A DNA stretch of 64,000 nt, from NCBI GenBank assembly GCA_004431415.1, contig QPMI01000033.1, forward strand, positions 1 to 64,000, given 5' to 3'. The stretch comes from Cyanophora paradoxa CCMP329. Its lineage: Eukaryota > Plantae > Glaucophyta. The notes under the pieces were generated by a model that saw nothing but the letters and a program-made list of their open reading frames with translations, ran no database searches and was not told where the DNA came from. This document shows positions 35,417-47,436 of the stretch, one piece after another. The translations under genes and the position numbers were made by a program. How positions within the stretch are numbered: the first letter of the stretch is position 1; each line of letters starts with the position of its first letter.

Positions 35417-36525
35417 TCCCCCCCCCCTCCCCCCCCCCCCCCCCGCGCCTCGCGCTTTCCCGCTAGCGCGCTGCATCAGGTTCCTCTCGCCCAATGTCAA
35501 GTTCAACACGACTTTCTCGCTCCTCACTGCGATCAACCTCGGCCCCCGCCAGACCCTCGGTCAGCTCCCTTCTTTTGAAGCTTCCTCCCGCGCGCCCCTC
35601 AGGCTGGCGGCGGCGCGCAGGCATGCCGCTTGGCGACGACATCGTCGACTCGTCGCCCCTGCCGCCCAACAGCGTCTACTCGGACTCCAACGGCGATGCC
35701 GGCGTCAACCTCGACAAGGTGCCCCCCACGCCCAAGCCCGCGCCCTCTCGCCCGCGCCTTCTCCACACCTAATGGCGGCACCGTCTCCCAGATCGATTAC
35801 AGTGGCGGTGACAGCGCTTCTTCCCGTCTCGCGCCCTACTCGCGCAGCTGAGCGGCGGGATTTTTGTCTTGTGTGTGTGGCTATCCAATAGAGAGCAGGG
35901 CTTCTTTTCAGGTGCCAGTGCTCGCCGAGGCCTCGAAGAAGGGAGGGGGGGAGGGGAGAGAGAGAGAGAGAGAGAAGAATATATTTTCTTCATAAAGAGA
36001 GGGCCTGGCCCAGTGGAGGCTCAGCGGCTTACACAGAAGGGGCCCCGTATGGAATTGATGTATACATACTCTTCCGCAATCATTGAATGTATTCTTCGAC
36101 CCCCGCCGCAATGTGTACGTACTACGGTATTTCCCGACGCCGTGTTCGAATTCGCGATCGAGTGGATCATGGAGCGCGCGCAATCGAGATGCGCCCCGGC
36201 GGGCGCGTCGACGTCTCCAGACGCCGCGGCGCATATGCATTGATATCGATTGATACCGCACTGCGGCACGCATGTGTCAGAAGTGGTTTGTGCAGGCACA
36301 TCATGGCATGTACAGCGGCATGCGCACAGCTTGTCGCCGGCTCTCAGAGTCTGGTCTAAACTATAGCGCTAGCTAGCTCTCCGGATCCGTGCCTCTTATG
36401 CATACTATGATATGTACCGAACTAGTCTATAGCTATAGCTAGTGGTTAAGTAACGTACACTATACGTATACATGTGCATGTATTCGACATCGATGCATCA
36501 TGGCATGCGCAGACACTGAGATCTA

Positions 36526-38715
36526 AAAGAGCCACTGACTTGCCGCGCGCGTCAGTTGGGTCCGGGGAAGGGAATTTAATCATGTGAACGGGACTGTTGC
36601 ACTGCAGTGGCTTGCAATTGGCATTCACAGCGCGCACAAGACTCGCACAAAATGGGCGGGGGGGCTGCAGTTTGGCAGCCCCGTGCGGGACTGCACTGTC
36701 ACTGCACGGCCTTGGTCTTCTTTCCGCCCTTGGTGTCCTTGGACTTGGCGGCCTTGGGGGCCGCCGGCTTCTTGGTCTTCTTGCCCTTGGAGACGCCGGC
36801 GCCCAGGAGGCGCGCGGCCTTGGTGCCGAGGAGGCGGGGCGTAGCGAGGGCCATGAGGCCCTTCATGCCGGTGGCCTTCTTTGGGGCGGAGGCCGACTTC
36901 ACGACCGGCGCCTCGGCGGCGTCGAGCTCGGGCGCTGCCCCTCCTCGTCCGAGGAGACCTCGATGGGGTCGTCCCTGAGGGCAGAGCGGGTAAGGAGAGG
37001 GAGGAGGGGTGGGGAAGGGGGGGGGGGGGGGGGGGGGCGTGGGGGAGGTGGGGCGGGGAAGGAGACGGAGGGGCGGCAGACCCGGTGGCGGAGGCGTTGT
37101 CGGACTCGTCCGAGGAGATCACGGTGGCCTTGCGGCCACCCGAGCGGCGCTTTGGCGTATCCCTGCGGGCTGGGATTGAGGAGCGATGGAGCATCCGGGA
37201 GCAAGAAAGAGGGACGCACTCGTCGTCGTCCTCGGGCAGCTGTGGGGCAGGCAGGGCCGCAATCGGGGCAGGCGGGGCCGGCATCACCAGGCAGGACTTG
37301 GTGCCGGACCGCAGAGTGGCCGTGCCGTTCCTGCAGGGACGGCGGTGGGCACACGAAAGCAAACAGACGCGGGAGAGGGGTGGAAAGTGCCCACCGGAAT
37401 GCGTCGTAGAGGGCGTCAAGCGCCTGGGTCTTCTCGTCCTTGGCCGTGATCACGCACTCCCGAGTGTACTGCTGGGGGATGAAGTGGACGTGGCCATCTG
37501 GGGGAGAGCTCAGCAAGGGCAGACTGAGGCAGAGCACGGAGAGACCCACGAACCCTTAAGGTCCGACTCAAAGGTAGTGTAGACGACCTGAAGCTTGTCG
37601 CCGGCCTGGTAGTCGAGCTGGTAAACTTGGCTGCGGCCAGGGGACTTCTTGTAGGGATGGAAGGTTGCAGTGCACCTGAGCAGGAGGGGTCAAAACAGCA
37701 TCGGAGAGGCGGAGGGACCAGCAGAGGGACGCGCCCATCGGCGGAAGCAACCAGGACGTTGTGGAACGTGTATTGGTTCGAGTGGACGTACTCGCCCGGC
37801 AGGCACTCGAGGACGACGACCTCCGTGCCTGCGCGGAGCATGAGAGCGAGAGGGACGGCGCGGCGCCTGCAGAGGGCGCACTTGCGTTGCGTGGTGTGCC
37901 ACCACCTTCGCCGGGCCGAAGCGCACGAAGTGGGCAGCGCAGAGGTCACAGCCCCACACGTCTTTGCTGCCGGTGGCTTTGCTCTTCTGCTGACAGTCCC
38001 CGCACTCAGGCCGCTCGCTGAACGCGTGGGCGCCAGCTGCCCGGGTTTTCACGGCTGCGCTGCTTGCCGCCGGATGTCTACATCGCAGCACATGACTGTA
38101 AAGCGCGTCCCTCGTGCAGAAGTGCTGGCCGCAGTGCAGGCACTTGCCGCCGTACTTCTGCCTAGATCCGCCGCAGCCTGGCTGACTGCAGGGCTTGCTG
38201 GCCGCTCGATATCGACTCCGATGGCGATGCCCGGCGGTGGCTTCGCGCCGCCGCTGCCGCTCGGGCGGCCGGAGCGTGGGAGGCTCATTGCAGCGAGCGC
38301 GGGAGATCGTGCGGGTACCGCAAAAAGACTTTCCGCAGGGTAAGTTCGCACTCTCCAATGCGATTGGCTAGCACGCGCGGCGTCCTCCTACGCGACCGCG
38401 CTCGCGCCCGGCCTCGCTCTTGCAGTACGGAATGTCGGGCATAATGCAAGCATTGACCTCGAACTGGTCCGGCCCGTATATCTGCTCCATGTGCCTCGCT
38501 GGACCCCTTTTTGTCCCGGGTGTTGGTGCCTGTTCCTGGATCACCCTTTGGTCGGACGGGACCGGGAGACACGGTTTCGGGGTCCCCTGGGGATGGGCTT
38601 TCAAGTTTCAGCGTGTACCGCGCGGCCCGGGTTTTGCGGAGGTCGGGGAAATGGGATTTGGGGTAGGGTTGGGCCCGAGGGACAGGGACAGGGGAAGTGA
38701 TTTTCCCTTCCCCAA
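36526..38715 (-). mobile_element. Non-autonomous Helentron/Helitron2-like element
   Basis: Absent from the paralogous site (gagatcta|gaaatacg at 29769/29770) and no TSD. 11-bp asymmetric inverted repeat GGGGAAGGGAA (36564-36574 / 38703-38713), a 5' palindrome, and a 3' stem-loop at 36532-36559 followed by a T-run on the minus strand. Confidence 0.75.
36699..38490 (-). CDS. Element-borne spliced gene: Cys/His zinc-binding motifs + beta-rich domain + Lys/Ala-rich tail (5' end uncertain)
   Basis: CLHCGQHFCTRDALYSHVLRC, CGDC..CDLC; NVLVASADGCTATFHPY..YQLDYQAGDKLQVVY; C-terminus KKTKKPAAPKAAKSKDTKGGKKTKAVQ*. Confidence 0.5.
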
Positions 38716-39119
38716 GAAATACGCAAACCATTCAAGGATGAAAGCTTCGAATTCAATTGCAAGGCTTCAAAGGCGTAGTTGGAGCTAGAGATGAAAGTCG
38801 AGGTTCAAAGCTTGCAATTGAGAGGCGCTCGCGATCGCGATTGAATTGATTATTGGCAGAAGAAGTACTAGTACAGCGTTGAGGTGCTCAAAACGCGTTG
38901 AAATGGAGAAGACGCGTTTATCTACAAGAAAAGAAACTGCTCTGAAAAGAAAGGAATTTACAAGAAAGAAAGGCATGGGAGCGACGGAAATCAGAAAACC
39001 AGAGGCCAGGCCAAGGCGAAATAAAACCAGATGAGAGCAATGAGGGCGGCGGGGGGGCTTACAGGACCTCGACGCGAAGTTCGGAGGCGTCGGAGGCGGC
39101 GGCGGCGGTGGGGAGCAAC

Positions 39120-42100
39120 TCAGGCGGGGCGCTCGAGCGGCGCCCCGCCCGCCGCTCCCGCCCGCCCCGGCCGGCCCCGCACCGGCGCCGGGCCCACGGC
39201 AGCGTTCCCCGGCCATGACCGGATCGGAGGAGAGGCGACGCGGGGGGTCCGGCGAATGCGGCGGCCCCGGCGGCGGCGCTGCCGGCGCGGGGCTACCAGG
39301 GACAAGAGGGCTGCTCTTGCCGCTGCAGGGCCCGCTCGCAGCGCCGGCGGGGCCGGCGGCCGGCCCTGCGTTGCCGCCGCCGCACTTGGCGAGCATGGCG
39401 AGGATGCCGGCGCGCGTCTGGGCGGGGTCGGGGCGTGTGAGCGGGCGGGCCGGAGGGTGCGGGGCGGGACGGGGCGGGGCGGGGCGCTACGACGGGCTTG
39501 ACGAGGAGCTCCTGCATGCCGGCCTCCAGCACGTTCGCGTGGTCTGCCGCCCGCCCCTCAGCCCCGCACGCGGGTGTCGGCGCGGCGTCCGGCGCGCCCT
39601 GAGAGGAGGAGAGGGCGGTGCAGGCGACGATGAAGGTGCGGGGCGCCGCGCCGGGGCGCCCCCGCTCGAGCTCCCGGATGCGCCGCGTCGCCCCGATCCC
39701 GTCCAGCCGCGGCATCGACACTGCGCCGGCGTCAGGCGGCAGGCTCCGGGCGGGCGCACGGCCCCGCACCGTCCATGAAGACGATGTCGAAGGGGGCGGC
39801 GGCAGGCGCCCCCGGGGGTCCGGGGGCGGCGAGGCGGCGGGCGAAGACCTCCACCGCCTCCTCCCCGTCCTCCGCCACCTGCACCTGCGCCCGCCGCCCG
39901 CCCAGCGTCAAGCCCCCGGCGCCCCCTGAGGGCGCTCGCCGGGGCGGGTGGCCCCCCAGAGGAGAGCGCGGGGCGCACGCGGTGGCCCTCCCGCGCGAGG
40001 AGCGCCTTCAGCACGCGCCGGTTCATCGCTGCGGGGGGCGGCGGGGGCGGCGTGGGCGGCGTGGGCGGCGGGGGCGGCGGGGGCGGGCGGGGCGGGGACA
40101 CCGTTGTCGTCGACGACGAGGACCTCGAGGGGCGGGGGCGCGCCCCCGGCCCCGCCTCCTCCCGCTCCAGCGAGGCCCGCGCCGCCGGCGAGGCCGGCCC
40201 CAGCGCCCCCGCGCCCCGATCCCCGCCCCGATGCCGGCCCCCGCGCACTCGCCGGCCGAGCAGACGGAGAGGAAGCGCTCGCGGTCGCCCGCGTCGCTCA
40301 TCGAGGGCGGCGGGGTGAGCGACGGCGCCCACCGCTCGCCCCGCTCCGCCGCCCGCCGCCCCGCCCCGCCAGCCGGCGGGGCGGCCGCTTCTGCGAGCAA
40401 CGCAGTCGCGAGGGGCCCAGAAAGCGCCTCCGGCGGAGCCACCGAGGGCGCACCTTCGACGGCGGCCGGGGGGAGCTCGATCGGGGGCGGGCCCGGGGCG
40501 GCGTTGAGGGGCGGGGGCCGCCCGTCGGGTCCGCGCGAGGGCGGCGAGCACTGCGAGTCGGAGCGGACGCGCCGCAGAGTCGGCATGAAGAGCACCCGCG
40601 TCGAGGCCGCCGCGAGGGGCGTCGAGCGCGGCCGCAGGAGCGCCGAGGGGGAGGGCGACGGCGAGCGCTCCGGGCCCGAGCGCGGGGCGGCTCCCGTGAG
40701 GGCCTCAATCTGCGGCGCAGCCCGGCCCCGTAAGCTCGACCTCACGGCCGCGGAGGAGCGTTCCTCCGCAAAGAGCGCGGTGCCGACCGTCTCGAGGAGA
40801 ACGCTCTTCCGGATGGGTTTCGTGAGCTGCCCCGCCCCCCGGCGAGGGCGCGGTCAGGCGCGGGAGAGGGCGGGGGCGCGCGCCGGGGCGCGTGCGCACC
40901 CACTTGTCCATGCCGGCGCTGAGGCAGGCGGCGCCGTCCTCCGTGCTGGCGCCCCGGTGAGGGAGGCACGATGCGAGGGCAGGGCGGGTGCGATGCGGCG
41001 GCGGGCGCTCCTCTCTGGCGGCGTGCGCGGGCGGCGGACCTGGCGTGGCCGGTGAGGGCGACAATGAAGTGGCGGCGCCAGCCGCGCGCCCGCTCCAGCG
41101 CCCGGATCCGCCGCGTCGCCTCGAAGCCTGCGCCCCGCCCCGCCCCGGTCCCCGCCGGCGCCCCGCGCGGGAGCACGGGCGCCGCGCGGCAAGGCGTCGC
41201 GGACCGTCCCTGCGCGCTCGAAGTTTAGGCGCCGGCGGGTGGGCGGTGCGCGTCGGCGGGCGGGAGCACACATGACGGGCATGGAGCACTGCCGGCGACG
41301 AGGCGGGCGGGGCGGGGCCATCAGGGGCGGGCGGGGGCGGCGTGGGGCGGGGCGGGGCGGCGGGGCGGCGGGCGCGGGGGCGCACGTCCATGAAGACGAG
41401 GTGGAAGCAGTCGGGCGCCGCCGCCGCCTCGAAGGCCTCCACCGCCTGCCCGCCCCGCCCGCCCGCCTCCTCAGTCGGGCGGGGGCGGGGGCGGGGGCGG
41501 GGCGGGGCGGGGCGGGGGCGGGGCGGGGCGCGCCTCGCGGCCGTTGCGGGCCTCGGTCACGCGGTGGCCCACCTTCTCGAGCATCGTGCGCAGCACGCGC
41601 AGGTTCCTGCCACCGCCCTCCAGCCCCCGCGCGGTGCGGGGTGGGCGGGGGGCGGGGCGGGCGCACATGGCGTGGTCCTCCACGACGAGGATCGAGAGGG
41701 CGGCGGCCGCGGCGGGGCCGGGGGCGGGGCGGGCGACCCCCGGGCCCCCGCGGGGAGGCCCGGGGCTGGAGGGGGCCGAGAGGGGCGTGCGCGCCGTCTC
41801 CGTGCAGCCCCCAGCTGCGCCCTTGCTCGAGCGCGCCGAGGGTCGCGACCAGTGCGCGCGCCGCCGCCGCACCTTCGGAGGCAGGGCGGAGGAGGACGGA
41901 GGAGGCGGGGGCGGGGGGCGCGGGGGTGGGATGGCGCTCGGGGGTTGCGGGGAGGACGGCGAGGAGCGAGGCGGGCGGGGCGGCGAGGAGGGCGTCGGGG
42001 CGGGCCCCGCCGGCCTCGAAGTCGGCTCGGACGGCGAGGGTCGCGGGGCTCAGCGGGGCCCCCCCGGGGAGCGCCGCCCGCAGCGGCACCGTGAAGTAGA

Positions 42101-45100
42101 ACGTGCTGCCGCGCCCCACCTGGCCAGCCCCGGCGGCCTTGTGAGGCGCGCCCGCTTCGCCCCGAGGGCGCCGCGCACCTCGCTCGCGCAGCCGATCTCC
42201 CCGCCCATCTTCGTCACGATCTCGCGGCTGATGGCGAGGCCGAGACCTGCCGCCCCCGCTCGCGCCGGCCCTGGGGCGGGGGCGTCGGGTGGCGTGGCAC
42301 CGGTGCCGCCGGGGTCGGCGCCGCGGGCGGGGTCGTGCTGCACGCGGTAGAAGCGCGTGAAGAGCTGCTGGCGCGCCTCCAGCGCGATCCCCGGCCCTGC
42401 CCGCGCCGCCCCTCGGCGCTCGGCGCTGCAGGGCGCAGGGAGCGCGGGGGCGGGCGGGGCACCGGAGTCGAGGACGGCGAACTTGAGGAAGCGCTGCGGG
42501 GCGCCGGGCTCCTCCACGCTCAGCTCCACGCCGGGGGGCCCGTGGTGCGAGGCCCCGGGGAGGTGGCGGCCGAGGGCCGGGGGCGGCGGCGGCGAGGGCG
42601 GCGGCGCCGTGGACCGAGGCGTCCACGACGACGGCGTCGGCCGCCTCCGCCTCCACCGTCACCCGCACCTGCGCGCGCCTCGCTTGGGCGGCGCCGGCCG
42701 GCCGGCCGGCCGGCGGGCGGGCGGGGCCGGGGGCGCGCCTCGACGGAGCCCCGCAGCGTGTACTTGACCGCGCTGCCGCCACCGGCTTCAGAGGCGCGGG
42801 GAGGCGAGGGGCGGGGGCCCACTTGGAAACGAGGTTGAGGAGGCACTGGCGCGTGCGGTCGGCGTCCCCGACGACGACCTGCGGGGCAGCGCGCGGGGCG
42901 CTCACGGGCGCCCCCGCCGGCGGCTGCGAGCGGGGGCGGGGCGGACGGCGGGGACGTCGTCGGCGATGACGGCGGCGAGGAGGAGGCCCTTGGCGGACGC
43001 CCGCGGCGCCACGATCCGCACCGACGCCTCCACCTGCCGCCCCGCGCCCCGCCCCTCAGCGCCCCGCCGCGCCCGGGAGAGCGAGGGCGAGGCGGGCACG
43101 ATCTCGGCGACGCGCATGGGCCCCGACTGGAGCTCGATGAGGCCGGCCTCGATCTTCTGCAGGTCCAGCACGTCGTTCACGATCGAGAGGAGGTGCTCTG
43201 CGGCGCGCGATCGCGAGGTGATCCACGAGGCGCGAGGGCGCTCCCCCGCGATCCCTCGACCCCCCGCACCGCCCGAGAGGCTCGCCGCCTCGACGAATTC
43301 GGCCGCCTCCGCCGGCAGCGTGCAGTCGCGCGCCAGCTGCAGCATCCCCAGGATCCCGTTGAGCGGCTGCACCAGCCGGGGCGATTTGCGACTCGTAGTC
43401 ATTGGAGGTGCTGGCAGCAGGACGTGGGGCGCGAGCGGGCGCACCGTGCGCATCTCGTGGGACATGGTCGAGATGAACTTGCGCGTCTCGTCGGCGCGCA
43501 CCTCCATCTCGAGCTTCGTCTTGCGCTCCGCGAGGAGCGAACGCATGAGCGCGAGCTCCGTGGCGCTCATCTGAGGCGCCGCGTCGCGACGAGGGCGCGG
43601 GGCGGGGCGGGGCGGGGCGGGGCACCTCGCGGAAGGCGGCGAAGCCGGAGCGCATGGCGCGGACGGCCTCCTCGAAGGCCTCGAGCTCCCGCAGGCCGCT
43701 CCCCAGCGCCACCGACTGCCGCGCCCGCGCCCGCGCCCCGCCCCCGCCGCCCCCGGCCCTCCTCCCGCTCCCCTTCCAGTTCCGTGGGCGGGCAGGAGGA
43801 GGGGGAACCCCACGCGAGGTCGCCCCATGAGGCCGGCGCCGCCGCCACGCGCGCCTCCCGCCGCAGCGCCCGCCGCGCCCGCCCGCACAGCCGCCCCAGC
43901 AGCGCCCCCGGCGCCCCCGCGCCGTCCGGCGCCCCAGCGGCTTCTGCGGCTGCTGCTCCGGAGGGGCTGCGGAGGGAGCGGGCGGTGGCTGCCCCGGGGG
44001 GCCGGCAGCCTGGGGCGGCTCGCCGAGCTCGAGCTCGCGGGCGACGGCGGTCATCGTCTGCGCGAGCTGCACCATCGAGCGCCGCAGCGCCACCAGCGGC
44101 CGCGTGATCCGCACCCCCAGCGCCGCCGCCACGCACACGGAGAGCACCAGCCTGCCGCCGGGCCGGTGAGGGGGCGGGAGGGCGGGGCGGGGCGGGGCGG
44201 GGCGGGCGGGGCGGGGCGGGGCGGGCCAGAGGGAGTTGACGACGAGGTTGACAACGGTGGAGGCGTTGATCCCCGCCAGCAGCGTCCCCCGCGGCGCCGC
44301 AAGATACCTGCCCCGCCCCGCCCGCCCCGCCCTCAGCCCCACCCGCCCCCGCGCCGGGGGTGTGCGCGCACAGCTCCCACTCGAGGTTCGGGCGGCGGGC
44401 GACGGGGCGGCGGGCGAGGTAGTACGTGGCGCCCTGCGGGGGAGGCTCGTGCGGGGCGGGCGCGGGGCTCGTGCGGGGCGGGTCTGCGGCCGGCGCGGAC
44501 CTCGACGTCGGCGCTCGCAAGGCGGCCCTCGGGGCCCGCCGCCGCCCGCTGCGCCTCCTGCGCCACGTCAGGGCGCGGGGAGTCGAGGGGGCGCCTGGGC
44601 CTGCCTGGGCGATGAGGGAGCGGATGAGGGCGCCCCGGGCCTCCCCCGCCCCCGCGACCCTGCGGGGCGGCCCTCGGACGAGCGCAGCGGCGGGGGGCGC
44701 ACGGCAGAGGGAGGGGAGGGCACCCGCCGGGGGCGGCGGGGGCGGAGGAGGAGGCGATGAGCTGGCCGGCGGAGGAGACGAGGAACGCGAGCGAATCGGG
44801 CGTCGGGAGCGCCGCCCGCAGCTGCGCAGAGAGCGCCCCCGTATCCATCGCCGCCTGCAGAGCCGCGGCGACGTCGGGCCCCGCCCCCGCGCCTCCCCGC
44901 GGGGCCGGCGCACGGCGATCAGGGCGATGGTGGAGCCAAGGGGGTCGCCTGCCGGCCGCCGCGCCCCCGCCGCGGCCTCCGCCGCGGCATACCTGCCTCC
45001 GATTCAGCGCGGGGAGCGTGGGGAAAGGCGCGGCGAGGAGGATCCCCGCACCGCTCGCCCAGCGGCGCGGGGAGGCCGGCGGGGCGCGCCCCCGCGAGCC

Positions 45101-46788
45101 CCGCCTGCGCGACCGCGCGGGTGGCGTACCTGCGCCGGCTGCGTCGCGGGGCCGCGACGTGTGCCGACGGGCGGGGGTGCGCGTGCACGCACACGACGGC
45201 CGCGCGGCCGGCGGCGGCGGTCGCCTTCGGCGGGAGTGAGCGGCGGCGGGCCGTGGGCGAGGGGCGGCGGGGGCGCACGTTGGGGCGCCGCGCCGGCTGA
45301 AGGACGACGTCGGTGAACAGGGCGCTCTCGGGTCCCACAAGAAGGGCCTCCAGCTCCGCTACCCCGGCGCTCGCCACGCCCACGAACTGCCGCCCCGCTA
45401 CCCCTCGAAGAGTGCCCGGAGCGGCGGGGCGGGGCGGGCGGCGGGCCTGCGCTTCCAGCGGCTGGCCGCGTGCGTCGGCCGCGTAGGCGCTCAGGGCTGT
45501 CGCTGCCGGCGGCATCAGGGCCGAGGGCGGGGCGGCGGGCGGGCGGGGCGCCAATGGAGAAGAAAGAGGGGAAGGCGGTCGGGGAGGCGCCGGCCGCCGC
45601 CTCGTCCGCCCCGCAGCGCTGCGCGAGGGCTCGGGCCGCGGCCCGTGGCGCCCGGGCGCCCGACGCGGTGGGGCGGCACCTCGACGCCCAGCGCGGTGCG
45701 CTCGGGGAAGAGGGCGAGGGTCTCGAAGTGGGGCCCCGCCCCGCCGCCCGCCCCGACCCCCGACACTTCCTCGACGCCCACGTGCCGCAGGCTCCGCCCG
45801 CCCACACCGGGGCCCGGCCCGGAGCCCCTTCCGGCGGCGAAACTCCCGTTGAGAGCGGCCATGAAGCTCTGGTCGCGCTCACGAGGGGGAAGGGAAGGGG
45901 GATGGGCAGGCGGGGCAGGGCGCACGGCGAGGGTCGTGCGCCAGTCGTCCTTGGTGAGGAGTGCCTGCGGGGGGCGGACGTCAGAAGCCGGCGCGGGGGC
46001 GGCCGGGGGGCCTCGGAGGGGGCGCACCAGCTCGAACGCCCCGCGCTGCGCCTCAGCCGCCTCCACCAGCCGCTCGAGCTGCCGCTGCGCCGCCCTCCGT
46101 TGGCCGCGCCGGTGAGGGGGGAGGGGGGGGGGGGGGGGGGGGGGGGGGGAGGGGGAGGTGCGAGGGGGATGGTGGGGAGAGAGAACGCGAGGGTTGGGGG
46201 TGGGAGGGGAGGGGTGTGTGTTTTCTTTTGGGGGGGGGGGGGGGGGGGGGTGCGCACGTGGAGGGTCTCGGCGGTGTGGGCGTGCGCCTCGGCGACGAGG
46301 AGGCGGGCGACGCTCTCCAGCGAGCGCGCCGAGAAGAGGTACGTTATCGCCCACGTGAAGGCCACCGCCCCGCCCACCCCCAGCACCGAAGAGATCACCT
46401 GCGCCGGATCAGCAAGCCGCCGGCCGCGCGGCGGAGGGCCCCGGAGCGGAACCATGAGGGAGCGGATGGAGAAGAAGAGGGCAGCAGCCCGCCGGCCCTT
46501 CGCCTCCCCCGCCCGCAGTTTCCATCGCGGCTCGCCGTCGCGCACGTCAGAGAGCCGCCGGCTGGCGCTCGGCCCCGGCCGGTATGCTTCCGCGCGACCG
46601 CCGGGCCACCAGGCGGCGCGGCTGACGTCAGACGCGTTACTGACTCGTCGCACTCCCTTATCCCAAATTGGCCGCGACGTCTCGCCGCCGGCCGCACACG
46701 CGTTCATTTCCTGCAGCTGGCTGGCGCTGGCCATGGCGCTGGCGCTGCGGCCGCGGCCGCATGTCATCGTTTCCAACTCCCGATCCAT
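39120..46788 (-). CDS. Membrane hybrid histidine kinase (TM-extracytoplasmic Cache-like sensor-TM-HAMP-like-HisKA-HATPase-REC-REC)
   Basis: TM VLGVGGAVAFTWAITYLF; RITRPLVALRRSM; RKFISTMSHEMRTPLNGILG; NLVSNAVKYT; GLGLAIS; REC motifs VFMDCSMPVMDGFEAT..KP and VFMD-SMPRLDGIGAT..KP. Confidence 0.9.
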
Positions 46789-47436
46789 GCTTGCCGCCTG
46801 GTCGTGCGCAGGTGCGGTCTTCAGCGCTTTCGCCGACCGCAGTCGACGTCAGATCAATGCACATGCGCGAAGCTCGAAGCTGCCTGCCAGGCTGCGCAGG
46901 GCTGCCGTCGGCTGGTTGACGTTGCGGCCGCTGGCCGCGGCCGAACGATGCAGGCCCACCAGCAGCTGCGAGGTAATGCGAACGACGCCGCGCGCGGCTG
47001 TCCGCTTAGCGCAACGGATTTTCGTGCGCAGTTCGCAATCCGCATATATACCAGGTCGGAGCAGCTTCTACGCTATTAACGCTAACTTGCGATTGCTTCC
47101 GACGCGTACGGTCGCGGCGGTGCGGCTGATGGCGGTCGGTCGCGACGCCTGTTGGCGCGAGTATGCGTACTAATTTCGAATTCATGATATCGATATCGCA
47201 TGCTGACGATCCAACGGTTAATTGCTGCGTGCATGTGTGACGATGTGTCACGGGCGCGGCTCAGCTTGCGAGGTTCGAGCGACGGTTGCGCTTGCGCGGC
47301 TAGTTGCGCCTCTTTGCAGGGGCACCCCTGACCTTCCGGCATACTTCGTTCGCCATCTTGCATCGTCGAGGCCATTTGTACCCCTCCCGGCGAACGGGTT
47401 CAACGGGCGAACCGGGCCAGCCATGCGCATTCAGCT

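Larger units (their letters stand above)
35441..43973 (+). repeat. Tandem segmental duplication, copy 2 (interrupted by a 2.19 kb insertion)
   Basis: See copy 1; includes an RHD3 3' fragment at 35441-35772. Confidence 0.95.

Noticed and set aside
28696-43973. Pure assembly duplication
   Set aside because: The copies differ by many substitutions, structured indels, a unique junction and a transposon-like insertion.
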